A DNA stretch of 64,000 nucleotides. It comes from Okamejei kenojei. Its lineage: Eukaryota. The notes under the pieces are model-generated. The model was not told the DNA's origin. It saw nothing but the letters and a program-made list of their open reading frames with translations, and ran no database searches. The DNA lies in the NCBI GenBank assembly GCA_035221665.1, contig CM069131.1:88536001-88600000 (forward strand). The letters are read 5' to 3'. Position 1 is the first letter of the stretch; the number at the start of each line of letters is the position of its first letter. Position numbers and translations under genes: made by a program. Shown piece after piece: positions 1-13,619 of the stretch.

Positions 1-272
1 AGGACTGAGATGAGGAAAATGTACCCAGAGAGTTGTGAATCTGTAGAATTCTCTGCCATAGAATGCAGTGGAAGGCAGTGAATTCACTGTATGATTTCAA
101 GTAAGAGTTAAATTTAGCCATTTGGACTATGGGAATCAAGGGATATGGGGAAAAAGCCAGAACGGGGTACTGATGTTGGATGATCAGCCATGATCATATT
201 GAATGGCGGTGCTGGCTCAAGGGGGCGCATAGCCCACTCCTGCACCTATTTTCTATGTTTCTATGATTCTAT
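1..272 (+). mobile_element. CR1 LINE 3' end fragment
   Basis: Same sequence as the reverse complement of 14130-14400; ends in ttctatg repeats. Confidence 0.8.
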
Positions 273-1651
273 GACTCCCCACCATCGATTTCATCTGCAC
301 TTCTCACCACCTCAGGAAAGCAGCCAACATAATCAAATAATTTATTTCAACCTGATCATTCTCTCTTTTCCATCTCCCATTAGGCATAATATGCAGAAGC
401 TTGGAAGCACATATGCCCTGACTCAGGACCAGCTTCTTCCCCTTTATTATCAGACTCCCATAAATTAGGGGGTAGTTCCAATATTCTAACCTACTTCTTT
501 CAGAAGCTGGACTTACTCTCTGCAACTGCAATGCTACAATGTTGTAAAACTATATTCTGCACTCTGGTATTTTTCTCTTTGCCACACATGTACTGGTGTA
601 TGACTAGTGTACTCATGAATAGTATACTTGATTTAATTGGACAGCACGTAAACAAAACCTTTTCACTGTACCTCGCTACTCGTGACAATAATAAACGGAT
701 ACTAATGCCAATGGTCATTATCCATTACACTTATGGTCTGAATGTTGCTTATCCTGCAGAACTTTTGCTGTGAGGTACTGGGCTAAAATGAGTGCTTATC
801 ATGAGTACAGCTCATATTTGTCTTCCAGATTCAAAAAAATAAATGTTATCAGAATATTTTGATACCACAGTCAAATGTTGCCCTTATATCAGTGACCATT
901 TCCAATCATCGCAGGAATTCAGCTGTTTGGCCCGTGTTGGTACCATGAGGTGTGATGAGCATGGCCCTGCCAAACTGAGCACATTATTTTTTCCTCCTTT
1001 CTGATGAATGGTCCGAGAAATGTTAATAAATTCCCCTTCCACTGATGCTGTCGGACCTGCAGAGTATTTCCAGCATTTCCTGTTTATATTTCTAATTTGC
1101 GACATTTGATTATCATTCATGAGTAAATTATTGGTGAGATTTGCCAGTGTTGATTACTATTTCCAAAACCTAGCTGATGATGAAGTATGGAGTGTGAGGC
1201 AGAAATTGGCCACGTGTTTGTCTTCTTTGTGGACTGTTCATGCCTGGGCAGATGCAGTTTATTGCAGAAGTGGTACAGCCTTGTTTAAGGGAGCAGCTTG
1301 GTTCACCAGACTGATTGTCAGCACCATAACCACAATATACTCTATATGCTGAATATGATACAGTCGATATTCTGAAATATGATACAAGGTAATCCAATCT
1401 GGAAGTGTGTGCCAAGCATAATGGCTTCAGTCATTTATATCTGAGCTTGCTTATTCTTTATTTAATCTACAATTAAAGTCAGTGATCTACATGCATTTTA
1501 TTGAAATAAAAGTCAATAACTCATCAGGATTTTCAATCATTGCTGAATAACGTTCATCATTTTGCGCTGCAACTACTCTCATTCTTTAAATAAATAAAAT
1601 ATTCCTTTCTGACTTGGACAGAAATTTCTGATTATAGGTATTAAAATGTAC

Positions 1652-1774
1652 CTTGACAACAGCAGGGCTTGGTCCAATCCTGTTATTATTGGTTGCGCGG
1701 ATGTGAGAGCTGCCTCCATGGCATTCATTGTAAGTACATTGGGAATTAGCTGGAGCCAGCAAGAGCTTCTTCAG
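1652..1774 (-). CDS. PPARGC1A: PGC-1alpha exon 4 (LKKLLLAPANSQCTYNECHGGSSHIRATNNNRIGPSPAVVK), LXXLL nuclear-receptor box
   Basis: ttttcccag acceptor, AAG|GTACAT donor, 123 nt, phase 0. Contains the LKKLL motif. Confidence 0.96.
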
Positions 1775-2155
1775 CTGGGAAAATACAATCAAATGGGTGG
1801 AAAATCGAAACAAAGCATGAAATAAACAGTGTGCAAACAAATTTTTATCCTATCACGTTATCCAAATAAGCCCATTTTTAAGTTTTTATGCTGTGTTGTT
1901 AATCATTTTGGAAACAGTTAATAACCAACAAATGATAGTTGAGAGAAACAGACTTAACATGTGCATATTTAGAAGCTATTAGTTTATGATATCCAAGTTG
2001 CTATAAATCTGTTTGTAAAATGCAGTACATGTTCAACTGCAAGATTGTTTGTAGGTATTCACTGCATACATTGTCCTTGTGGCTAAAACTTAAAAACCCA
2101 AATCTTAACTACATCACACTCATTTAGCGTTAGCCAGAGCAAGAAAGATTCTTAC

Positions 2156-2350
2156 TAGAGACGGCTCTTCAGCCTCCGGGGTCATGGGAGTGCCATCAGG
2201 TGTTGAGGGAGGGCTAGGATCATCGACACTGGTCACATCCCCATCTGTCAGTGCATCAAATGATGGCAGTCCATCCTCATCTATCGGGATGCTGTCCAGT
2301 GTCTCAGTTAGAGCAGCCAAAAGGTTGGCCTCGTTTTCTTCATCCATCTT
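2156..2350 (-). CDS. PPARGC1A: PGC-1alpha exon 3 (KMDEENEANLLAALTETLDSIPIDEDGLPSFDALTDGDVT...EAEEPSL)
   Basis: tttgacag acceptor, CTA|GTAAG donor, 195 nt, phase 0. Matches ORF track 2120..2347 and includes the L1 leucine motif LLAAL. Confidence 0.97.
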
Positions 2351-4049
2351 CTGTCAAATAAGAAATAATCTTTTAATTGTTAATCACACGATTTACAACT
2401 CAAACATAAACCTCTGTAAGAGTACATTTGCTATAAAATCAGATTGCAACTCAAAAAAGACACAGCTGAAGTTTATATATGTATAACTGTGCAATGAAAG
2501 AATTGGTCCATTCAATTAACTTAGCAGACAAATTATAGCTAGACCTGCATGTTAATGTACTCACACACTGCAGCAGTGGCCACAAGACCATAACACCACT
2601 CTGCTGCCATAGCAAATTAATTGCTTCATAACTGTAGACCATACCTATACTTAACACTAACTTTTAATTTGGTTAGCTCTCTTTCAAAGCAGACATTAGT
2701 TAGAAACTTTATCTCAATATTTTTATCAAGTGCGGCAATTAAAGGCCCAGACTTTTCAATATAGACTTTAGGACTGCCATGTGAACACTTAAAGATCTAC
2801 TAGAGATTGATGCCTGCTGGTCATTTCCTAGTTGTGGTCCTCACTGGGTTCTCATGGTAGAGTTCAATGTTGGCGTTGGGTCTTGAGCTAGTCTAGCCTG
2901 AGCTCAAGATTCTTGCTGTGATTCTCAGGCAATTGCATGTTTCGGTGCCTGTTCTCTAAACTATTCCAACACCATGTTAGATATGTTGCAGGACCCAACA
3001 ACCCCATGATTCAAGTATTGTAGCAATCCCTTGTGTCAAGTATTAATTGCAAGGCCATGGGGAAGAATAGTAACAAACTCTTTTCTCAATTGTGTGCAAA
3101 ATGATAAATACTTTTCATTAAGCATTTTTAAACATTAGTTGATTTTATTTTTATATTATTAGTAAATTTAAATTTTAAATTTTCATATCTGAACATCAGT
3201 TAATCACAAAACATTAAAAAATACAAAGACTTTGACAGTCAAAACGGGGGCTTAAGCTTTGCCAGTTGTCAAAGCAGAGATTCACAGGCTAGACTAGCTT
3301 GGGCTTGCCATCATTGCTGCAGTAAATTGTTTGAGAGCCTGCTAGTGAGGAGACAGTCCCTGGAGTCTGGGATTCTTTGGACCAGCAAGAAGTGCCCTGC
3401 TCAGAAAAGATTTTGGGAAGTAACCATTGAAGGTGACAATTGGAGAAGGTGAAATCCTGGCCAAAGTGCAATATTAACTTAATATAAAGACAAACCAAAC
3501 TTAGCAGACACCCATAGATAACTAAAATCGGCAGTGGCTTAGTGTCTTCATGAGATCACTCCATCTTTCATTTTAAGCTGCTCCTCAGCAAAAGCAGCCA
3601 CCTGAAAGTCCTCCTTAACATGCAAAGTCTCGGGCCTGCTGTCACTGTTAGGCGAAGACACCATGCCTTACCTGACTGATGTTGGAAGAGGACTCGTAGT
3701 GGAAGAAACTACTAATGTTAGCTTTATTATAGCTGGATAAAATGAAGAAACAGTTAAGCTCTCCTGTCAATGATTAACTCCATCACTTTTCTGGATTTCT
3801 TTTCTGTAAACGTATCTGAGATCTGGATATTGACTGGTAATTGTTCCACACCTATTTCTCACTTGAAAGTCAGAAGCACAGAGAAATGTCACCTCCTAGT
3901 TATAGTTCCTCTGCTACATTCTGCCTTGGATGTAATTACTGCAGTACTCAAAATTAAAATTCCTACTCTATCCCAGCATTTCTAGATAACATAGCACAGA
4001 TTTTCTTTACCTGTCTGACAAAGTTATGGGTCAAAATTGAAATAATAAT

Positions 4050-5048
4050 ATTCAGGGAACGGTGATTCCCCTTCTCTGCTATAGATGAGGCTCTCACCAG
4101 GGTCTCTTCTATACCCCGTAACTCTGCTCTCCTTCCCCATCCCCCTTCTCGCAACAAGGGCAGATTCCCCCTTGACCTCACCTTCCATCCTACTAGCCGT
4201 CACATACAACAAATAATCCTCCGACATTTCCGCCACCTCCAACGGGATCCCACCACTGGCCACATCCTCCCATTTCCTCCCCTGTCTGCTCTCCACAGAG
4301 ACTGATCCCTCCGTAACTCCCTGGTCAATTCGTCGCTTCCCACCCAAACCACCCCCTCTCCTGGCACTTTCCCTTGCAACCGCAGGAAATGCTTGTCGCT
4401 TTACCTCCCCCCTTGACTCCATTAAAGGACCCAAGCAGTCTTTCCAGGTGCGGCAGAGGTTCACCTGCACCTCCTCCAACCTCATCTATTGCATCCGCTG
4501 CTCTAGATGTCAGCTGCTCTACATCTGTGAGACCAAGCATAGGCTTGGCGATCGCTTCGCCCAACATCTCCGCTCGATTCACATTAACCTACCTGATCTC
4601 CCGGTGGCTCAGCACTTCAACTCCCCCTCCCATTCCGAATCCGACCTTTCTGTCCTGGGCCTCCTCCATGGCCAGACTGAGGACCACCGTAAATTGGAGG
4701 AGCAGCACCTCATATTTTGCTTGGGCAGTTTGCACCCCAGAGGTATGAACATTGACTTCTCTAATTTCAGGTTGTCCCTGCTTTCTCCTCCCCTTCTCAG
4801 CTCTCGCTCAGCCCACAGTCTCTGCCTCCTCCTTTCTTCTTCCACCCCCACCCTCACATCAGAAAACAAATGGTCGGCACGGACTGGAAGGGCCGAGAGG
4901 GCCTGTTTCCGTGCTGTAATTGTTATATGGTTATATGGTTATATGGTTATTAGTCTGAAGAAGGGTCTCGACCCGAAACATTGCCTATTTCCTTCGCTCC
5001 ATAGATTCTGCGTCACCCACTGAGTTTCTCCAGCATTTTTGTCTACCC
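4050..5048 (+). mobile_element. Penelope-like element, 5'-truncated, decayed GIY-YIG endonuclease and hammerhead-like tail; small CR1 tail inserted at ~4865-4950
   Basis: ORF 4448..5023 FTCTSSNLIYCIRCSRCQLLYICETKHRLGDRFAQH; CTGAAGA...GAAAC at 4955-4979; homologous to 11900 and 58920 copies. Confidence 0.88.
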
Positions 5049-7167
5049 TATTCTTCCACCACTTCATTTATTGCTGCTTGATTTGAAATGAATGAAAGTA
5101 ACATAGTTGTAAAGCAAACAAGCAAGACAGATTATTGTCCAGTGTGTGAAGTTAAAATTGCATTCACAAAATATCTATTGAATGAAGGTTTATCATAACT
5201 TCAACAATTCATATTTTATCAGTGAACACTAAGTTTTAATTTCCTATAAAAGGATTTATGTTATCAAATCAGCTGTCTTTCAAGTTGTCCTTGCTTGTAT
5301 AAATATTGGATGGCTTTCGGGAATGATATTATATCTACCACTATCTAGTATATTCATGCTTTAAACAAATTCCAACTGTATCTAATCTAAATAGACAAAT
5401 ACTTTGTAGTCATCTGGAATGCAAATCATAACATGATTGCAATTTTTATCACAATGCAAACTATTCATGAAGGGTGCCTAATCAAGAACTTAGGACAAAA
5501 GGGAATATGTGACTGGAAATGCTTCACAATTAATTTGACTGATCTCAAAAACTCACACCACTTAACAGTTCCCTGTAATTTTGTGCAAGTTCACAATATT
5601 TTTTCCACACTGTCTAACTATTTTGTCATCACTCAAAACACAATATCCTCAAGGATCTCAGCGGGACAGACAGTATCTGTGGACGGAATGTGCGGGCAAT
5701 GTTTTAGGCGCTAATAATCACAATAAACATCTTTGAATTAACTTGAGAAAATCTCTCCTGGAAATTTTCCAAAAAACAAAGATTTGGTAATTTGAAAGTT
5801 AAAGGCTGAAATTGTGCCAGGATATGCAGTTCAGGTCTGAAATGAATGGCAGTGGAAAACAGGTCTGTGTTCCCAATGAATAATTAGTCCTCACAATGGA
5901 AACTTGTGTTCGGTCCATGTCATTGTGATTGGGGCATTGAGTACCGCTGTTGGCCTTCGTGGCAAAATGTATTAATAAGCTGATCTCAGCTGAGATATTA
6001 CTGGTGCAATCAAGATAAAATTAAGGAGTCACAAAAGACTGCAGATGTTGGAAATTAAAAAGGTTTCCTTGACTGGTACAAAAGGAAATGGATATGTTTG
6101 GATATAACGTGAAGGCAAGATCAAGTTTGGATGAATGTTCCTCAATGACAAATAGCCTTCTGGTACTTACTGTCAAAACTGGCACATGTATAATGGTTCA
6201 CTGGCTGAGGTATTGGAGAGTGACAGATGCTGTACAGCCATTCACAGAAAGCAATCAATGCCTTAAGAAGAGGAGAGAACCCTGGAGTTTGTCTTAGTTC
6301 TTCAGCATATGATCAGACTAAAAGCCACTTTACTTTTCATCAAAGTGTTAGACTGGATTCATTAGGAAAAATTAGACCACTGGAGATTATCATTCAGAAA
6401 TGATGCCTAATTCAATTGTCATCAGAAACAGCTATATTTTTAAAGGGCATTCTGAAGGGTAATTCAATCATCAAAGTATGTGTTCATAGACATACATTTA
6501 AGTATTTTTCACTTGTATGTGTCAAATTTTATTATATCACATTTAACAAAAAGCTCAATTATTTTGGTTGACTGGTTTTCAGTGTTTATTTAATGTCTGC
6601 CAGCTCATATTGTGTGTAGTCTATGAACTGAAGCAATTTTAAATTCCTGCAAGATTATTGCAAGTAAGGTAAATTGATGAATGCTGAAGTGCTTGTCTTT
6701 GCAAGGTAATTTAACAAAAAATGTATGTTTTCAAGGGGGACAAGGTTAATTTTCACTTTCCTCTGTTTCAATCATTGATAAGAAAATTACCCTATAAAAT
6801 GTCCAATTCAAGATGGAAATGGCAGAGAAGATTTCATTTAAAAATATCAGGCTGAAAATGCCTCTGAACAGCACAAAATGAAATCAATTATATTGAATAA
6901 AAGAAAATGACGAAATGAAGTGTTGCTGGCAAATGCCGTAGTCATTAAGTTGTTCCACATATTTGCACCACCTGATCCTCCATTTTCTGAAGAAGATTGT
7001 TTAGATGACAGCCAAATATATGAAACATCACTTTTTAGAAATTAGAACTCTGTTCCCATTAGGTTGAATCTGCTGGCTGTAGTCAATGATTCTGAATCGA
7101 ATCAGGCAATCAACCATCCAAATGAAATAAGTTGTACCTTTAACCTTTCAGTCCACCTTAACACTGA

Positions 7168-7325
7168 GTGGGGCCTGTCCCACTTACACAATGTCGCGGG
7201 GTGACACCTGTATGGTCGTGAGTAGTCGCCCAAAGAGTTGTACCTTTTTGTGGTCGCTGCTGGATTTTCAACATGTTGAAAATTTTCGGCAACCTGCTGC
7301 GACTATGATGGGTGCCGGCAAGTTG
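7168..7325 (+). mobile_element. Partial non-autonomous DNA transposon (PIF/Harbinger-like end GGGCCTGTCCCACT)
   Basis: Terminal motif plus internal palindrome ttttcaacatgttgaaaa; a related inverted copy lies at 58295-58478. Confidence 0.45.
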
Positions 7326-8054
7326 CAAGTTGGTTCTATTGCACCAGGCACTCTTTGATCACTAATCCAATTGATCATTCTTCTTATGAGAGCACAAACA
7401 ATGCATGTCGCGTACTAGACAATTGAATAGCCTGATCATATTCTCTCCTATCTTTAAAGCTGCATCACACTTTCTGCCACAAGATTGCCCTCAGTGCAGC
7501 AACTAAAGTTGTTTTGATTCTCTTACTGAGCCCAATAGTGTTGATGCCTATTGTGAGATTACATTAACCATCTGGATTGAGGATATGTCGAGGAGCAATA
7601 GGACTTTATTTAGTATTTACACTACACACTATATTCACCATTTAGGACCTTGGGGAAACTTTAACCCAATTTTCACAAATATTTGGTTAAAAGAAGGGAA
7701 ACAAGACTACTTCCTCATTTCCCAAAATATATTAATCGTCAAACAACTGTTTCAATTGTTTTAAATAGCATTTCATATTCCTGATAGAGATATTTTCAGC
7801 AATCTTTTTTGCATTCTTTAAAATGCTGTGATAATGCCAGCATTTATTTTCTATCCTTAACAATTAAATAAGCCAGTTACAGAAATACTGCAGATCACGT
7901 GGTGAGGGTTTTCTCACAACTCAGTTGGACACAAATTTCCAGTATTTAGTCCTAACAATGATAAATAAGCAGTAATATATCTGCAAGGCAAGATGGTACA
8001 CAGTTTTAAGATGAATATGCATCAGTTGCATATATCTTCCAAGGTGGTAGATGA

Positions 8055-9121
8055 GGATTTTGAAGGCTTACGGTAGCCCTCCTCTCGTCGCCTGAGAGCC
8101 TTTGAGGATATGTACTTGGGCACCATGGCCAAGATTGTCACCCCAGATAGCGAGAGCAAAGTGTTTGAGATCCTCGTGGGGGGGTCTTACAAGGAGACAT
8201 GCTGGACGCATTGTCCTTGATTATGCCATGAGGCAGGTGCTCAAGGAACATGAGGACCTCGGCTTTACAATGACCCCAAGGCGTCCGAGAAGAATCGGGC
8301 CAGTCAACGTGTCAGACCTCGAATTCGCTGATGACATTGTCCTGCTATCAGACCAGATTAAGGAGGTACAGGAGCTGCTGTGCAGGGTCGAGACAGAGTG
8401 CGAGAAAGATGTCCTCTGCCTAAATGCCAAGAAGACGGAGTAAATGGGGTTCAACATTGGTGACCATGAGCCTCTCAAGACCAGTGGCAGTGCATCTCTC
8501 AAGAAAGTGGAGGACTTCAGGTACCTGGGAGCAAGGATGCCGAGCTCGGAGAATGACATCAAGGTCCGGAAAGCACTCGCATAGAAAACCCTCAATAACA
8601 TGGGGAAATTCTGGACGTCTCGGATGTCTAAGGGTCTCAAATTGAGATTCTTCCCAGCAACTGTAGAGACCATATTATTGTACGGGTGTGAGGCATGGAC
8701 TCTCACACGAGCACTGTCCAAGTCACTCGATGGTACCTACACCCGGATAGTCAGAAAAGTTCAAAATGTCAGTTGGAGGGACCACAACACCAACGCCCAG
8801 CTCTATGGGGAGAATCCACCTCTGACCGAGAAGATCAGGATGAGAAGGATGAGGCTCGCTGGTCACTGCCATCGCCACCCAGAAATGCCAGCAAATAGGG
8901 TTGTGATGTGGGAACCCACCCATGGAAGACGTGACCCGGGACGTCCAATCAAGACGATGCAGAAGACGTTGATGGAAGACTCATGTGTAGAGACAAAAGA
9001 GGAGCTTGCCAGCTGCATGGAGGACAGAGATGTGTGGTGCGTTCGTCACCGTGCCCTTCGGAAACCAGCACCACTGTGCCGCTAATGTTTTCAATGATAA
9101 TGATGATTTCAACAATGATGA
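8055..9121 (+). mobile_element. RTE/RTEX-clade LINE, 5'-truncated, decayed RT
   Basis: DLEFADDIVLL (RT catalytic motif), LLYGCEAWTL, LAGHCHRH, WEPTHGRR.PGRP; (ATG)n-like tail; candidate 10-bp TSD TGGTAGATGA at 8045-8054 and 9122-9131. Confidence 0.88.
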
Positions 9122-9266
9122 TGGTAGATGAATAGAAAAGCATGGAAAATATCACTGAAGGAATCTTGCTGCATTAATGCAGAATGCTTTTGATCCAACA
9201 ATGCACTGTTGGAGGGAGGTGGCAGCTAGGGTGCCATTCAAGTAGGGATGGCACCCTAGCTTTTTT

Positions 9267-9541
9267 AAGTTTAGTTTAGTTTAGAGATTCAGTGCGGAAA
9301 CAGGCCCATCGTCCCACCGAGTCCGCGTCGACCAGCGATCCTCGCACATTAACTCTATTCTACACACACTAGGGACAACTTACAATTTTACCAAGCCAAT
9401 TAACCTACAACCTGTACATCTGGGGAGTGTGAGAGGAAACCGGAGCTCCTGGCAAAAACCCACGTAGGTCACAGGGAAAACGTACAAACTCCAAAAAAAT
9501 AGCACCTGTAGTCAGGATCGAACCTGAGTCTCTGCCGCTAA
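9267..9541 (-). mobile_element. tRNA-derived V-SINE (HE1-like)
   Basis: B-box GGTTCGATCC, V-domain, (CTAAA)n tail on the minus strand. Confidence 0.8.
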
Positions 9542-9554
9542 ACCTAATATAAAA

Positions 9555-9830
9555 ACAGATGGTACTGGAAATACTCAGCAGGTCAGACATTATCTCTGAG
9601 AAGAGAAGATTATGTTTCGAGTTGAAGATTCTTCATCAGAATAACCCTGTTTACAGCTTATCTCCATGGTCAATCTGCTTTCAATTATCAGAGCCAACCC
9701 CACACCCTATTGGCAGCTTCCTTCGTCTGCTTCCCAGTTCTGATAAAGATTTTTAACATGAAATGTTAACTCTATTTCGCGTCTCAAATATACAGCTTGA
9801 CCTGCTGAGTATTTCCATTACTTTCCATTT
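9555..9830. repeat. Old fold-back of Penelope-type tails
   Basis: ggaaatactcagcaggtca (~9568) is the exact reverse complement of tgacctgctgagtatttcc (~9798); degenerate hammerhead cores on both strands. Confidence 0.6.
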
Positions 9831-11559
9831 CATTGTAAATCAAAATATCATAATTTAATTATATATCAGATAACGGGAAGAATTAACTGGCTGTATAATT
9901 CTGAGTATTGTAATAAAGCATTGGTGATGCACAATTTAACACATTACAAAGATCCATATAAGTTAGTACACCAGTAATTCAAAAGGAACTAGAGAGAGTT
10001 GTACAATGTATGTTTAGCACTATTGATTAAATTAAAATAGAACAAGAAAGGCAGTGAGTGGAAATGAGGAATAACATATAAAGGAAGAAGTACCTGCAAT
10101 GTTTCTATGTTCGGTACAAGAGTATAATATATATGTTTTATTATGGGAGCTACTTGCCCATCTTCAGCAATATGTGCTTTGTAAAGAATTACGAGTTGCT
10201 AAGGCCTAAGTATTTGAAACAAAAGGTGACATCAATAGTCTTGAATAGTTTCAAAGAAATGCAAGTTCCATTTAAGGTTGGAGAAAGTAAGACAAACCAA
10301 AAGGGTGATTGATGAAAAAGACTAAAGGGCAGATCTATCACATGTCTGTGCTACTAGTTAGCTTTGTGAGTGACACAAAGAAACCACTTCTTGGAATAAT
10401 TGAATTAAACTAAATTTTCACTGACTTGAAGAAAACCATGATAAAAAATAGTTGTCATTGTATGAGAGGACAGAGAGCATGGAATGCATCAATTTTGAAG
10501 CAATTAAATCATCAACGTTGGCTATAAATTTCCACCTTGTTGAATTGTTATTTTCCCTTTTAATGTGCCTTTATCAAAGGCTTCAAATCCATTGAATATC
10601 ACATTAGACAACATTTATTTAAAGTTACTTAATATCCTACAGCAAGTATAATACTCCTAAAAACGTGCAATTGCAAATGTTTTCCTGTTTGTGATGTTAA
10701 TACTGAATTTGATTGATTACTTTGTACCTTTCCCCTGTAAATAACGTTGTGCAAATACAATGTTCCAACAAAGTGTCATTCCTCTTCCTTAGTGACGTAT
10801 GCCTATGAATGTGAAACAAACAGGGTCAAAAGAGAGAGTTAATTAATCATAACTTTATCTGTTTGACTTTGGCAACAGATAATGCAGTGGTGAAAAATGC
10901 AAACTGTGGTGAGACCCACTTCTTGCTTCATCATTTGCAAGTGCCTAGTTAGGGCTTCAAAGTTGAATAGCTTTGAAGCCTTAACTATGATGATATTATT
11001 TATTCTTCTTAAATTAAACTGCAGAACACAAAGATGGATCTTCAGTCAAAACTAATGATTTGGGATGGTAAAGGAGAAACTGGTCCTTGCAATAAACCTT
11101 GAGGTGCTCAACATACCAAATGCCAGAGAATTTAAAAAAATTGAGAAAATGTGTCCCTTTCCAAACCACGATCTTTTCATCAAAGGCCCCCTTCAGTGAT
11201 CTGGTCATTGTTACCCATCAATCATTAGCTAACAAGATATTCTGATAACTTGTATCTACCAGAAAACCTGTCTGTCCAGTCACTTAGATCTATGTTACAA
11301 TGGCCATCTTAGACAGATACAAATACTTATCAAACTAATGACTCAGCAGAGGCAATGGTTGTTTAGGACAAGTAGTAGGATATGACTGAAATGGCATATA
11401 TCATACACTTTTAGAATTTACCAAAAAGGAATATTAGGCTCACATAATCTATCCACAGATATAACAACACATTTGCTGAACTTACTGTCACCTTAACCAG
11501 ATAGGTGGGTTTTTTAATGGTACAGAATAAGATAGAAGAATAGCAAGAGATTATAATCA

Positions 11560-11803
11560 GGGCAGCACAGTGGTGCTCACAGCACCAAACGCTCATGTTC
11601 GATCCTGATCACAGGTGCTGTCTGTTTTGTACGTTCTCCTTGTGACACGCGGGTTTCCTTCCACATTCCAAAGACATGCAGATTTGTAGGTTAATTGGTT
11701 CTGGTGTCGAGGAATGTGAGATAACATAGAACTAATGTATGGGTGTTAGCATTGACTCAGTGGGCCAAAGGGTCTGATTCCATGCTGTATCTCTAAACTA
11801 AAC
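11560..11803 (+). mobile_element. V-SINE (HE1-like), degenerate
   Basis: gggcagcacagtgg head, gttcgatcc B-box, ctaaactaaac tail. Confidence 0.75.
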
Positions 11804-11899
11804 CAAATCAAGAATTCTTGAGATTATACAAAGAATAACATGTATTTAGTTTGCTTATTTAGCAGAGCTAACCAGATAAAAATAATCAAACTGACACAT

Positions 11900-12770
11900 A
11901 ACCTTCCCATCTCCCCCCCCCTGTCTGCCTTCCGCAAAGACCGCTCCCTCCGCAACTCCCTTGTCAATTCTTCCCTTCCCTCCCGCTCTACCCCTTCCCC
12001 GGGCACTTTCCCTTGCAACCGCAAGAAATGCTACATTGTCCCTTCACCTCCCCCCTCCACTCCTTTCATTGACCCAAGCAGTCCTTCCAAGTCCGACAGA
12101 GGTTCACCTGCACCTCCTCCAACCTCATCTACTGCATCCGCTGCTCCAGATGCCAGATGATCTATATCGGTGAGACCAAGGGGAGGCTTGGCGATCGTTT
12201 CGCCGAACACCTCCACTCGGTCCGCATTAACCAACCCGACCTCCCGGTGGCTCAGCACTTCAACTCCCCCTCCCATTCCGTATCCGACCTCTTGGTCCTG
12301 GGCCTCCTCCACGGCCAGAGTGAGCAACACCGCAAGTTGGAGGAACAGCACCTCATATTCCGCATATGGGGAGTCTGCATCCTTTGGGCTTGAACATTGA
12401 ATTTTAACCCTTGCTGTCTCCTCCCCTTCCCACCTCTCCCTCAGCCCTCGGGCCCTGGCATTCCCTCTCTCTCTATCTCCCTCCCCAACCTAGTCGCGCC
12501 AGCTTCTCATTTTCACACCACAAACAGCTTACAATGGCTTGTTCCCTTTATCATCGATACTTTTTTGCATATCTTTCATTCATTGTTCTTTATTTCTCCA
12601 CATCACCGTCTATATCTCTCGTTTCCCTGATCCCTGACCAGTCTGAAGAAGGGTCTCGACCCGAAACGTCACCTATCTCCTTCGCTCCTTAGATGCTGCT
12701 GCACCCGCTGAGTTTCTCCAGACTTTTGTGTATCCTCGATTCTCCAGCATCTGCAGTTCCTTCTTTAACA
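11900..12770 (+). mobile_element. Penelope-like element 3' part (GIY-YIG remnant plus hammerhead-like tail)
   Basis: IYIGETKGRLGDRFAEH (ORF 12157..12393); CTGAAGA...GAAACGTC at 12643-12670. Confidence 0.88.
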
Positions 12771-13619
12771 CATAACTTTGGTGCTCTGTTCATTAATATT
12801 GCCTGACCAGCTGAGAGTTTCTTGCATTGTCTGTTTTATTTCCAATTTCCAGCATCCATATTATTTTGCTTTTATTGCCAATGACTGGGGAATTCAACTG
12901 AATGTCCTACAGTATATATGGGCATTTAGTCCAAACATTTCTTGCCATCACAGATGTATATGAACTAACAAACCCTTTGTCAGTGCTTGCATCTATACTG
13001 GTCATGCATGCAGGATGGTCGCTTCAGATTAACACTACACACTACATATGGTTACAATGGTGTGTACAGTAATCTGCCCCAAACTATCAACAAATTTGAA
13101 ATACTACTTCAAGGTGATAGCTCAAGGTGATCCATCATGATTCTGATATGTGTCCTTTTTTTTCTTTTCTGGCTGCAACAAGCACAAATGGCAGAGCCAG
13201 TTGAAGAGGATAATCTTGATCTTAAAGAAACCATCATCATGTTTGCCTTCACTTTTAAATCAGCATGGTGCAATTGCCTTAATAAAAAAAGTATTGAGAT
13301 AAGTACCAGCTAAGCTCTCTGATGTGCTTCTTTTATCTGCCAGTATTTCTGGGCTCTGCTTGAGCCACTTTAAAAACACTATCATTATTGAAAATTTTAC
13401 CCTCAATAAAAATTGCACTCTCTCTTCAAGATCCACCTTCATCCTCAATAATTCAGTATGTTCTTTTGAAATGGTTGCAGTTTATGTAACTGCACATGGT
13501 GAAGCCAACATATGGGGAATCAGGTCTGAAGAGCAGAATGATGATTAATATAATTTCACAAGGCCCGCAATTACTTGGATTGGGGGTAGGAGAGCCTGAT
13601 GGAAGATGCTACACTGCAT

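Noticed and set aside
4024-4869. Long minus-strand ORFs here and at 12031-12351 and 59535-60214
   Set aside because: Antisense shadows of C-rich Penelope coding sequence, with no independent gene signals.
9224-9266. Rho-independent terminator or bacterial contamination
   Set aside because: The context is a vertebrate intron flanked by vertebrate TEs, with no prokaryotic genes.
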